A stretch of 62,598 nucleotides of DNA, the filler included. It is 7 parts of 7 records of this genome, joined end to end, with 100 filler letters (N's around TTAATTAATTAA, not from the genome) between each part and the next. Parts side by side here need not be neighbours in the genome. Positions count along the whole stretch, not along the records: positions 1 to 10,503 come from DRR723986_9654; positions 10,604 to 20,700 come from DRR723986_9655; 5 more parts are not named here. The stretch is one strand, 5' to 3'. The notes under the pieces are model-generated. The model had not been told where the DNA came from. It worked only from the letters and a program-made list of their open reading frames with translations, and searched no databases. Numbering within the stretch: position 1 is the stretch's first letter; each line of letters starts with the position of its first letter. Below, piece by piece: positions 9,669 through 18,571 of this stretch. Made by a program: the position numbers and the translations under genes.

Positions 9669-9759
9669 ACAGAGTGCTGCACTTTATCGCCGCGTATTTT
9701 GGGGGGCGGTCCGTTTTTCCCTAAGTCTGACTTGAGGCAACCAAACCAAGGGAAAAACT

Positions 9760-10116
9760 ATGAAAAACAATTCCATACGCCCGCTTGCGCTCAGCGAGGT
9801 CGCGCGGCTGCTGGCGGTTTCGACGAGGACGGTCAGTCGGCTGATCGACAAGGGCGACCTCAGTGCTGTCCGCATCGGTTCTGCGCTGGCAGTTCCGTTC
9901 GATGGGATGCCCGTCGACCTGCAACGGTGTTTCGATATCTCGCGGCCCCAAGCACTTATGACCCTGCACGAGGTTGCCGCGGAGCTTGGCTGTTCGCCCG
10001 ATGACGTCCGAGCAAAGACGGCAACAGGGAAGCTGACATCCGTCCGTGTTGGGCGTTCGCTCCGCTGGTCGCCGATCGAGATAGAGCGAAATGCCAGAGG
10101 CGAGAAATCGGCATGA
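9760..10116 (+). CDS. Tandem excisionase-like (HTH_17/MerR-like) DNA-binding protein
   Basis: Two HTH units: LSEVARLLAVSTRTVSRLIDKGDLSAVRIG and MTLHEVAAELGCSPDDVRAKTATGKLTSVRVGRSLRW. Confidence 0.85.
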   Translation: MKNNSIRPLALSEVARLLAVSTRTVSRLIDKGDLSAVRIGSALAVPFDGMPVDLQRCFDISRPQALMTLHEVAAELGCSPDDVRAKTATGKLTSVRVGRSLRWSPIEIERNARGEKSA

Positions 10117-10379
10117 TCATCGCACCTGATGAAACCTTCACCGTGGCCGAAGCCGCGGCGGTTTTGGCGCGCTCTGAACGGCAAGTGCTCCGCTACCTCG
10201 AATCCGGGCGTCTCCGCGGTTCGAAGGCCTCCGGCCGATGGATGCTGACCGCTTTCCACATCTGGGAGTTTCAGAGCATTGCCGATGCGATGATGGAGAA
10301 CTGGCGTATTTATTGCCACCTCGCACAAACGGAAGAAAATAAACCGTTGAATCAAATGGTTAACTCACCGGGGGATTAA
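10113..10379 (+). CDS. Excisionase-like HTH protein
   Basis: FTVAEAAAVLARSERQVLRYLESGRLRGSKASGRW. ATGA overlap with the upstream gene. Confidence 0.85.
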   Translation: MIIAPDETFTVAEAAAVLARSERQVLRYLESGRLRGSKASGRWMLTAFHIWEFQSIADAMMENWRIYCHLAQTEENKPLNQMVNSPGD

Positions 10380-10503
10380 GGGCGGTCTCCACGGCGTCGG
10401 CGTGCAGACCACCCTTAGTCCCCCGGCGGCGGCGGATGTCGGCCTACGTCGCAGGATGTCCAACCACGGCGGGTGATGACCACCCCTGTCGCCGGTTTCG
10501 AGG

Positions 10504-10603
10504 NNNNNNNNNNNNNNNNNNNNNNNNNNNNNNNNNNNNNNNNNNNNTTAATTAATTAANNNNNNNNNNNNNNNNNNNNNNNNNNNNNNNNNNNNNNNNN
10601 NNN
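10504..10603. other. Artificial contig linker (first of six; others at 20701, 27360, 37884, 47305, 56418)
   Basis: 44 N + TTAATTAATTAA (stops in all frames) + 44 N. Gene content and base composition change at each linker. Confidence 0.99.
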
Positions 10604-11742
10604 TTGCCACCGGTGGCAACGACGATGCTGCGGGCGGTGAGGCGCTCGGTACGGCCATCGTTGTGCCTTACTTCCAGTTCCCAGGGCGACACAAAGCTGG
10701 CTTCACCGGCAATGCAGTCAACACCCAGTTTTCGATAACGCTCGGGAGAATCGTGGGGCTCAACTTTCGCAATCACCTCCCTGACGCGGTTCATGATGTT
10801 GTTGAACGAGCCTTTGACCGGCACCGATTCCAGCCCGTACCGATTGGCATGGCGCAGCGTATCCGCCGCCCTGGCGCTGCGAATCAGGGCTTTGGAGGGC
10901 ACGCAGCCGGTATTGAGGCAATCGCCGCCCATCTTGTGTTTTTCAATCAGCGCCACTTTAGCTTTCACTGCAGCGGCAATGTAAGCGGAGACGAGACCAG
11001 CAGAGCCTCCGCCAATGACCAGCAGGTTGTAGTCGAAATGCGCGGGTTTCTGCCAGCCGGCATACACTTTGCGGCGGCGGATAAAGCCCACCACAAACTT
11101 GGCAATCAAGGGAAAGAGACCCAACAATGCAAAGGACAGCAGCAGGTCAGCCGAGACAATGTCACCGGTGGACTCGATCTGACCCAATTGAGTGCCTGCG
11201 TTTACGTACACAAACGTGCCAGGCAGCATGGCAACCCAGCTCACCACGGCATAGGTGAGCAGCTTCATGGCGGTCAGGCCCATGGCCAGGTTGATCAGGA
11301 AAAAAGGGAACACCGGTACAAGCCGCAGGGTGGCCAAGTAGAAGGCACCATCTTTTTCGATGCCACGGTCCATTTTCGCCACTGTGTCTCCGTAACGTTT
11401 GCGCAACGAATCCCGCACCAGGAAACGAGCAGCCAGGAACGCCAAAGAGGCTCCAACGGTCGAGGCTAAAGACACCGCAGCAAATCCGTACAGGTTTCCG
11501 AAGAAAGCCCCTCCTGCCAGAGTCATGACCGTTGCCCCCGGCAAAGACAATGCGGTAACCAGTACATAAACCACCACAAAAGCGGAAAGCGCAATCAGTA
11601 GATTCGAATCAATCCAGTCGCCAAGACTCTGCTGATGCCTCTTCAGGTTTTCCAGTGTCAGAAGTTCATTTCCGCCAGCTGCGATAAAGCCGATCACAAC
11701 AATCGCAATGGCGAAAACAAGAATCCACTTTTTCAATGTCAT
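10604..11742 (-). CDS. TVP38/DedA (SNARE-associated) domain fused to a pyridine nucleotide-disulfide oxidoreductase, 3'-truncated
   Basis: Membrane N-terminus with LRLVPVFPFFLINL, then IGGGSAG and the redox-active GGDCLNTGCVPSK. Confidence 0.92.
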
Positions 11743-11991
11743 GAAAGAAACCCTTTAAACACTTGTCGTTTACCTTTGAGACACATCAACTCTACACCTG
11801 TTACACCTCGCCCACCTTTTAAACATGCCTCTTGGGTTTTACGTCATCGTGCCCTGCCAGATGTCATCAAATACACACGATTGTTTAACAATTCAGTCAC
11901 AAGTTGTTAGTGCATACAGTCAGGGAAACTTCTCGACACATCGGGCGCCTTGCCGCTATTCTTGAACAACCGCTCACGAAAGAGAATAACC

Positions 11992-12609
11992 ATGACTCAC
12001 ACAGCCCCTCCACACGAGCAGGCGCTAGTATGCGGGCTGCGTGACGGAGACAACCTCGCCTTTCAGGAAGCTGTGCGCAGCTTCACGCCCGGTATGCTCG
12101 CGGTCGCCAGGTTTTACCTTGATGAGGCGGCCGCCGAAGACGTCGTGCAGGACTGCTGGGTCGCCGTAATCGATGCCATTCAGAAATTTGAGGGCCGTTC
12201 GGGGCTAAAAACCTGGTTGCACCGCATTGTCGCCAACCGTTGCAAGAATCGGCTGCGGGCAAGCAAACGGGAAGTCCCTCTCGACGACTCAGACAGCCTG
12301 GAGCCTGATCTGGCGGAACGCTTCAACGCCAGAGGCCACTGGCAATTACCCCCCAGGCTGAAGTTTCATGAATCTGCCGATACGCTGATGGAAAATGGCG
12401 CTCTTAACCAGTGCCTGGACAAACATCTCTCTGCGTTGCCGGAAACCCAACGATCCGCCCTGATTCTCTACGAGGCGCACCAACACAAATCAGACGACCT
12501 CTGTAACATTCTCGGGGTCAGCGCGTCCAATCTTCGGGTGTTGTTACATCGTGCCAGGCAGAAGATCTTTCTGATGGTAGAAACCTTCCAGGAGACCGGC
12601 GAATGCTGA
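11992..12609 (+). CDS. ECF sigma-70 factor
   Basis: AEDVVQDCW, FEGRSGLKTWLHRIVANR (region 2), and ILGVSASNLRVLLHRAR (region 4). Confidence 0.93.
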   Translation: MTHTAPPHEQALVCGLRDGDNLAFQEAVRSFTPGMLAVARFYLDEAAAEDVVQDCWVAVIDAIQKFEGRSGLKTWLHRIVANRCKNRLRASKREVPLDDSDSLEPDLAERFNARGHWQLPPRLKFHESADTLMENGALNQCLDKHLSALPETQRSALILYEAHQHKSDDLCNILGVSASNLRVLLHRARQKIFLMVETFQETGEC

Positions 12610-12863
12610 AATGCAGCGAGCTGGCCAGGATCGCCAGTGACTACATCGACGGCGAACTGGATACCCGGCGGAATCTGTCGGTGAAAACACATTTGATGAT
12701 GTGCAAACACTGCCGAACCTTTATCGGTAACCTGCGCGCCAGCAATGAGTTGCTGGGTGCCCACGCCTCGGCACGAACCGAGGAGGCGTTTCTCCGCAAG
12801 ATTGATGAGCGGGTGGCCGAAGCCCTTAGCGTCCGCAGAAGCAAAAAAACAGATGCCGACTGA
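12603..12863 (+). CDS. zf-HC2 zinc-binding anti-sigma factor
   Basis: MLKC...HLMMCKHC (HxxxCxxC). Overlaps the sigma gene. Confidence 0.9.
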   Translation: MLKCSELARIASDYIDGELDTRRNLSVKTHLMMCKHCRTFIGNLRASNELLGAHASARTEEAFLRKIDERVAEALSVRRSKKTDAD

Positions 12864-12875
12864 CGAGGAGCCAGT

Positions 12876-13577
12876 ATGTGCAAACGTAAACCAGTGCTTG
12901 TCTTTGACGTCATTGAAACGATTTTCTCGCTGAACGCGCTGACACGGGCCCTAAGCGCTGAGGGACTGCCGACGCACACCAAAGATCTGTTTTTTGCTCA
13001 ACTGCTCCGAGATGCCTTTGCCAGCTCGGCAACGGATTGTTACGTCCCGTTCGTCGATATGGCCCGGGGCACCTTGGAGGTTTTGCTGCACACGGTCGGT
13101 GGCGTCAACGAAACGAAACACGCCGACACCATCATCGATCGCATCTTGCCGGTTTTTGGGCAGCTGGACGCTCATCCGGACGTTGAGGACGCGTTGGGAC
13201 TGGCAAAAGAACGCGGCGTGGATGTGCTGTTCTTTACCAACGGCTCAGAACAGAATACCCGATCACTGATTGCCAGAAATGGCCTGATTAACCTGGTGGA
13301 TCACGTGGTTTCAATCGACACCTTCAGACGATGGAAACCTGCAAGATCTGCCTATGAAAGTGCAATAAGCCAAGTGGACGGCGCCCCGGAACAATCCGCC
13401 ATGATTGCAGCCCATGCCTGGGATACGTCCGGGGCCCGGAATGCGGGGCTGCTGACTGGCTGGATTCAGCGCCAGGACGCCTTGTTCCATCCCGCCATGC
13501 CAGCCCCCTGCATTCAATCCAACAGCCTTGTCACGCTCGTGGATCAGCTATCAGGTCACCTGCTGGCCGCCAAGTAA
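12876..13577 (+). CDS. Haloacid dehalogenase type II-like HAD hydrolase
   Basis: VFDVIET, FTNG, RWKP and AAHAWD motifs. Confidence 0.85.
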   Translation: MCKRKPVLVFDVIETIFSLNALTRALSAEGLPTHTKDLFFAQLLRDAFASSATDCYVPFVDMARGTLEVLLHTVGGVNETKHADTIIDRILPVFGQLDAHPDVEDALGLAKERGVDVLFFTNGSEQNTRSLIARNGLINLVDHVVSIDTFRRWKPARSAYESAISQVDGAPEQSAMIAAHAWDTSGARNAGLLTGWIQRQDALFHPAMPAPCIQSNSLVTLVDQLSGHLLAAK

Positions 13578-13589
13578 CATCCACGCCGG

Positions 13590-14144
13590 TCAGGCTTTTT
13601 TGCTCCAGGCATACTTTCTGAAGGGCTCATCAACCGGGGTTTCCGCGATGTGATTGACATAGTTGCTGATGACTTTTTGAGACAGAACCATGATGACTTC
13701 AAGGACATGGCGCTGTTCGTAACCTGCAGCGAAGAACGCACTCAGGTCATCCTCGGTCACGTACCCACGCTCGCGCATGACGGCCAGGGTAAAGGTCCGC
13801 AGCGCCTCCAGCCTGTGGTTTGGCAACGGTGTTTCATCCCGCAAGGCGTCAATAATTTCATCGGAAACCTTCATCGCCTTAGCAATACCCGTATGGGCGG
13901 GTACGCAGTAGTGACAGGCATTCTCCACATTGATGGTCTGCCACACCACGGTTTTTTCCTCATTATCAAAACTGCTGGCCAACACCAACTCGTGCAGCTT
14001 CTGGTATGCCTCAAGCACACCTGGTGCTTCCGCCATAACCGCATGCAGGCCTGGAATACGGCCAAAGCTTTTGCGGGAAACTTCCAGCAGAGGTTTTGCG
14101 GACTCCGGAGCAGTATCAGGGGTGTGTATGGTGAAATCGGTCAT
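13590..14144 (-). CDS. AhpD/carboxymuconolactone decarboxylase-family protein
   Basis: ENACHYCVPAH (CxxC). Start MTDFTIHT follows GGAGA. Confidence 0.9.
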   Translation of the reverse strand: MTDFTIHTPDTAPESAKPLLEVSRKSFGRIPGLHAVMAEAPGVLEAYQKLHELVLASSFDNEEKTVVWQTINVENACHYCVPAHTGIAKAMKVSDEIIDALRDETPLPNHRLEALRTFTLAVMRERGYVTEDDLSAFFAAGYEQRHVLEVIMVLSQKVISNYVNHIAETPVDEPFRKYAWSKKA

Positions 14145-14165
14145 TTCCACGTCTCCAACTATAAA

Positions 14166-14215
14166 TGAATGATCGCTCAAAAATAGAACCGTAACTATTT
14201 CTGAGCAATTGCTCA
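14166..14215. promoter_or_regulatory. Two candidate TetR operators
   Basis: Perfect palindrome TGAGCAATTGCTCA (14202-14215) and the related TGAATGATCGCTCA (14166-14179), between the divergent ahpD-like and tetR genes. Confidence 0.7.
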
Positions 14216-14262
14216 AGTTATAATTCAGAAACTATTCAACGATCGATCCAGTGGTGAAAACA

Positions 14263-14868
14263 ATGCCCAGACCTCCAAGCTATGATCGGGAAACCGCGCT
14301 CACTCAAGCTGTCGGGCTGTTTTGGCATAAGGGCTATCATGGCAGCTCCATGAAGCAGATTGAGCAAGCGCTCGATATGCGTCCTGGCAGCATCTACGCC
14401 ACGTTCGGCAGCAAGGACGGGCTGTTCTCAGAAGTTCTGGCACGGTATGCAGAGCAGAGTGGCGAAGACTTGGCCGGGCATATGGCAGGCTACGACAACG
14501 TGCTGGATGGCCTGCAGGCTTTTCTGGTCAAGATTGCCAGAAACTGCTCTGATCCAGGCTGCGCGCCCGCGAGGGCCTGTCTGATTGTGAAAACATTGCT
14601 TGAATCCAGCAACACCAACACCGCGCTCCATCAGGAGGCAAAAACCGTGCTGGCTGCCATTGAAGATGCATTCACGGAGCTACTGAAAACCGCGAGGAAG
14701 CAGGGCGAGCTGGCACCTGCAACCAACTGCCGCCGACTGGCGCGACTGATTCAAGGGCAGATCATGGGGCTGCGTTCCATGGCCGAGCGAGACCTGTCAG
14801 CCATAGAATTGGAACACTTGGGCCAAGATATGGCTGCCATTCTGGACGCGTATCGGGTCAGAAATTAG
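14263..14868 (+). CDS. TetR/AcrR-family regulator
   Basis: MPRPPSYDRE...LFWHKGYHGSSM...GSIYATFGSKDGLF. Confidence 0.93.
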   Translation: MPRPPSYDRETALTQAVGLFWHKGYHGSSMKQIEQALDMRPGSIYATFGSKDGLFSEVLARYAEQSGEDLAGHMAGYDNVLDGLQAFLVKIARNCSDPGCAPARACLIVKTLLESSNTNTALHQEAKTVLAAIEDAFTELLKTARKQGELAPATNCRRLARLIQGQIMGLRSMAERDLSAIELEHLGQDMAAILDAYRVRN

Positions 14869-14871
14869 ACA

Positions 14872-15321
14872 CTAGCGCTCAATAACCTGCTCGATCATGC
14901 CCGCCAGGGCATCCAGCAGGTTATTCACTACCACACAATCGGGCACACCGTGTCTCTCCGCCAAGTATTGCGGATCGTTGTAACCCAGCCACACCTTGCC
15001 ATCTTCATCTTCCCAGACCAATGCCTTCAGCGGCAGATCGATCCCGGCGGTCTGGGCGCACTGCATCAGGGGAGTACCGCCTTTGGGATTACCGAAAATC
15101 AGGAGTTCGGTTGGCCTAAGGGACTCGCCAACACCCTCTGCCCCTTGCGCGTGATCAATGCGTGCAAACACCTTCAGACCCTTCTCCTTAACAATGGCTT
15201 CAAGCTTGTCCATGGTCTGCTTTGGGGAATGGGGACTTTCCAGCCAGATCAAACCATCGGCAGCCTTGGCCAATACACTGGTGGCAATCAGGCAAAGAAA
15301 AGCAATTATTCGGAAGAACAT
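14872..15321 (-). CDS. DUF302 protein with signal peptide
   Basis: FARIDH, LLIFGNPKGGTPLMQ and IDLPLKALVWED. Confidence 0.88.
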   Translation of the reverse strand: MFFRIIAFLCLIATSVLAKAADGLIWLESPHSPKQTMDKLEAIVKEKGLKVFARIDHAQGAEGVGESLRPTELLIFGNPKGGTPLMQCAQTAGIDLPLKALVWEDEDGKVWLGYNDPQYLAERHGVPDCVVVNNLLDALAGMIEQVIER

Positions 15322-15399
15322 ATCGTGCTCCTGCTCTGGCTAAGATACTACCAGCAGGTTAGTTCACCGGGCTCGTGTTCTCCAACTGTGGCCGACAGG

Positions 15400-16251
15400 C
15401 TACTGGGCGGGACCGTTGATTTGCTCCAGAAACGCCGCCGGTAACGCATCAATCACGGGCCGGGCGTCGCCGGCCAGCTCCGGGTTCGGCGTCTCCGGTT
15501 CCTGACTCAGGGTCACTGGCGATTCGGACCAGTGCAGCAGTTCCAGCCGACCGTTTTCCCGCTCCACCAGCGCGGTGCAGTGTTCCACCCAGTCGCCATC
15601 ATTACAATAGAGCCCCTCTTCGCTGCGCAGGAAGCCCGCCGAGTGGATATGGCCGCAGATAAAACCGTGATAGTGGCCTTTTTCCGCCGCGGTCAGCGCC
15701 GCCAACTCGAAACGGCGGATAAAGGTTCTCGCCTTGCCAATCCGGCTTTTGATCCAGGCCGCCAACGACCAGTAGGGCTTGCCCTGTAATCGCCGCAGGG
15801 CGTTGAACCAGCGGTTCAGACGCAGCAACAACCCATGGGCGCGGTCTCCGACCAGCAGCATCAAAGGGCTGCAGCGCACCACCTGGTCAAACTGGTCGCC
15901 ATGGCAGACCAGAAACTGACGGTCGTCGGCGGTGGTATGCACGGCCTTGTACTGCAATTCGATGCCGGAAAACGTCTGGCCACAGAAACGCCGGAAAAAT
16001 TCATCGTGATTGCCCGGGATGTACACCACCCGGGTTCCCGTTGCGGCCAGCTCCAGCAGCTTGTGGATAACCTGCCGGTGGCTGTCGGGGAAATGAGCCC
16101 GTCGCTGCATGGCAATCAGGTCGACGATGTCGCCCACCAGGTAAAGGGTCTGGCACTGAATGTTATTCAGGAAATCCAGCAGATAGTCCGCCTGGCAATC
16201 GGCGGTACCCAGATGGACGTCGGATATGAATACGCTTCGATACTGTCGCAT
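15400..16251 (-). CDS. plcP: PlcP-like metallophosphoesterase (phospholipase C; LpxH superfamily)
   Basis: FISDVHLG, LVGDIVD, PGNHD (His, versus GNRD in LpxH), HGD, CGHIH and NDGDWVE. Pho boxes lie upstream. Confidence 0.75.
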   Translation of the reverse strand: MRQYRSVFISDVHLGTADCQADYLLDFLNNIQCQTLYLVGDIVDLIAMQRRAHFPDSHRQVIHKLLELAATGTRVVYIPGNHDEFFRRFCGQTFSGIELQYKAVHTTADDRQFLVCHGDQFDQVVRCSPLMLLVGDRAHGLLLRLNRWFNALRRLQGKPYWSLAAWIKSRIGKARTFIRRFELAALTAAEKGHYHGFICGHIHSAGFLRSEEGLYCNDGDWVEHCTALVERENGRLELLHWSESPVTLSQEPETPNPELAGDARPVIDALPAAFLEQINGPAQ

Positions 16252-16311
16252 GGTGCCTCCGGTGAGAACAGGCCTGCTTTCAGGATCCTGATATCACCTT
16301 GGCAACACCCG

Positions 16312-16351
16312 GTGACACTGGGGTGACAGCACCAAGACAATTTGATGAAAG
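16312..16351 (-). promoter_or_regulatory. Pho box array (four half-sites, 11-bp period)
   Basis: Minus strand CTTTCAT-N4-TTGTCTT-N4-CTGTCAC-N4-GTGTCAC versus the PhoB consensus CTGTCAT-N4-CTGTCAY, about 60 nt upstream of plcP. Confidence 0.75.
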
Positions 16352-16375
16352 CGGAGCCGATGTGGCCGGCTCCGC
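16351..16375 (-). terminator. Hairpin after the ybhB-like gene
   Basis: GCGGAGCCG...CGGCTCCGC stem, followed on the minus strand by TTT. Confidence 0.55.
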
Positions 16376-16384
16376 TGGCTGCAA

Positions 16385-17011
16385 CTACTGGCGAAGGGCC
16401 GGATTAAGCGTGTAGGTGCCGGTTACCCGGGCACTGGCCAGCACATGACCGGCCATGGCCTGACGCACGTCGTTACCGTCAAATTCACCCTCCAGGCCCA
16501 GGGTGTCTACATCCAGAGCATGCACTTCAAAGTGGTAGTGATGGATGATTTCATCGTTCCAGGGCGGGCAGGGGCCGTCATAACCGGCATAGGTACCGGC
16601 CATGTCCGGATTGCCGGCCAGAAACTGGGTGTAATTGTTCACACCACGGACACCAATCGGGCCAGGTCCATAATCCTTGCCCTTGGGACTGACACCATCG
16701 CTGTCTTCACCTTCCGGGATCCGCTTTGTGCCAGCGGGAATATCCACCAGCAACCAATGGAAGAAATCGACGCGTGGCAGGTCGGCCGGTACGGTCTTGC
16801 CTTCCTGATTGACGTCGTCGGCGACGCTGGGCACATCCGGGTCAAACATCATCACCACAAAGCTTTTGGTGCCCTCCGGTGCACCGTCCCAGACCAGCTC
16901 TGGATTCCGGTTGGGACCAAAACTCATGTGGTCCTGCTCACTGAACACACCGAAGGCAAACTTTTCCGGTACCGGCTGGCCTTCCTCAACACCTCGAACC
17001 TGCAGTTTCAC
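16385..17011 (-). CDS. YbhB/YbcL (PEBP/Raf kinase inhibitor-like) protein
   Basis: DPDVP, FFHW, GYDGPCPP and HHYHF. GTG start follows GGAGA. Confidence 0.9.
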   Translation of the reverse strand: MKLQVRGVEEGQPVPEKFAFGVFSEQDHMSFGPNRNPELVWDGAPEGTKSFVVMMFDPDVPSVADDVNQEGKTVPADLPRVDFFHWLLVDIPAGTKRIPEGEDSDGVSPKGKDYGPGPIGVRGVNNYTQFLAGNPDMAGTYAGYDGPCPPWNDEIIHHYHFEVHALDVDTLGLEGEFDGNDVRQAMAGHVLASARVTGTYTLNPALRQ

Positions 17012-17259
17012 GTCGCTTTCTCCTGTCTGTTCTTCAAGTGGATGAAAAGTTTGTAGCAGTGCCAACGGCTCTGTGTCCAGCCCGACAATACTAACGATGG
17101 AGCCAATAGGTACTTGGGCTCAATTGTCTCGCTCCAACATCGGCGGTAGTATACGCCCCTGTATTAGCTCCCTAATCATAGACATTCAGGCCAGTGACGA
17201 CAGCCAAGCGCTTTCATCCGAGAGCGTTTGGCTCTCATCACTTAAAGGTCTGAAACGTT

Positions 17260-18570
17260 ATGGAAAACCTTCATCACATAGTCGTGGTCGGCGGCGGAGC
17301 CGGCGGCCTGGAACTGGTCACCAGTCTGGGTAACAAGCTTGGCAAAAAAGGCAAAGCCCGTATTTCCCTGGTCGACGCCGGTCTTACCCATGTGTGGAAA
17401 CCCCTGCTGCATGAAGTGGCCTCCGGCTCGCTGGATGCCAGCGCCAACGAAATCAATTATCGCGCCCATGCCCGCAAGCACCATTACGAGTTTCAGCTCG
17501 GCCGCATGAGCGGTCTGGACCGGGCCAATCAAGCGATCGTGATTGCCCCGTTCCGGGATGAAGAAGGCCAAGAAGTAGTGCCGGAACGGCGCCTTCATTA
17601 CGACACCCTGGTGATTGCCGTTGGCAGCACCGCGAACGACTTCGGCACCCCCGGCGCACAGGACCACTGCCTGTTCCTGGACAGTCTGAAGCAGGCCCGC
17701 CGCTTTCATAACCTGATGCTCAACGCCTTCCTGCGCAAAAACCACGAAGCCCTTCAGGGCCAGCCCCATGCCCTGAACATCAGCATCATTGGTGCCGGAG
17801 CCACGGGCGTGGAACTGGCCGCTGAACTGAGGCTGGCATCCCGCGAATTGCCCATCTACGGCATGAACCACCTCAAATCTTCCGATGTTTCCATCAGCGT
17901 GATCGAGGCGGCCGACCGCATATTGCCTGCGCTGCCCGGGCGCCTTTCCGCCGCAGCCACCCGGGAACTGGAACGCCAGAAGGTCAAGGTATTGACCGGA
18001 CAACCTGTAAGCGAGGTGCGCGAGAACAGTCTGATCATGAAGGACGGCACTGAACTGCCCTCGGAAATGACCATCTGGGCCGCTGGCATCAAAGCACCGC
18101 CGTTCCTGGCGGAACTGGACGGCCTGGAGACCAATCGCGGCAATCAGCTGCTGGTGGAACAGACCCTGAAAACCACCAAAGATGCGGATATCTTCGCGTT
18201 TGGTGACTGCGCCGCCTGCCCGCAGCCGGAATCCGACCGGCCGGTGCCACCACGTGCCCAGGCCGCACACCAGCAAGCCGATGCCCTGTTCAAAACCCTC
18301 TGCAACCGGCTGGAAGGCAAAGAAGCCGTTCCCTTCGTGTACAACGACCATGGCTCACTGATCAACTTCAGCAAATACACCACCGTCGGCAACCTGATGG
18401 GTAACCTGTCCGGCCGCAGTATGTATATCGAAGGGAAAGTGGCCAGGCTGTTCTACGTGTCGCTGTACCGAATGCACCAGGTAGCCTTGCACGGTTTCCT
18501 GCGAACCGGCGTGATCTGGCTGATGGACAAGATCAGTCGGGCCATGCAGCCACGGTTGAAGCTGCACTGA
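17260..18570 (+). CDS. ndh: Type II NADH dehydrogenase
   Basis: VVGGGAGG, HVWKPLLHEVA, IGAGATGVELAAE and VPPRAQAAHQQ. Confidence 0.95.
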   Translation: MENLHHIVVVGGGAGGLELVTSLGNKLGKKGKARISLVDAGLTHVWKPLLHEVASGSLDASANEINYRAHARKHHYEFQLGRMSGLDRANQAIVIAPFRDEEGQEVVPERRLHYDTLVIAVGSTANDFGTPGAQDHCLFLDSLKQARRFHNLMLNAFLRKNHEALQGQPHALNISIIGAGATGVELAAELRLASRELPIYGMNHLKSSDVSISVIEAADRILPALPGRLSAAATRELERQKVKVLTGQPVSEVRENSLIMKDGTELPSEMTIWAAGIKAPPFLAELDGLETNRGNQLLVEQTLKTTKDADIFAFGDCAACPQPESDRPVPPRAQAAHQQADALFKTLCNRLEGKEAVPFVYNDHGSLINFSKYTTVGNLMGNLSGRSMYIEGKVARLFYVSLYRMHQVALHGFLRTGVIWLMDKISRAMQPRLKLH

Positions 18571-18571
18571 T

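Noticed and set aside
10548-10559. Recurrent TTAATTAATTAA motif
   Set aside because: Synthetic all-frame-stop spacer inside the N linkers.
10604-11742. Mercuric reductase merA
   Set aside because: No mer operon genes or metal-binding N-terminal domain. The DedA fusion is a separate widespread family, and the diagnostic C-terminus is not in the contig.
15400-16251. lpxH (lipid A biosynthesis)
   Set aside because: GNHD rather than GNRD, plus upstream Pho boxes, favours PlcP.
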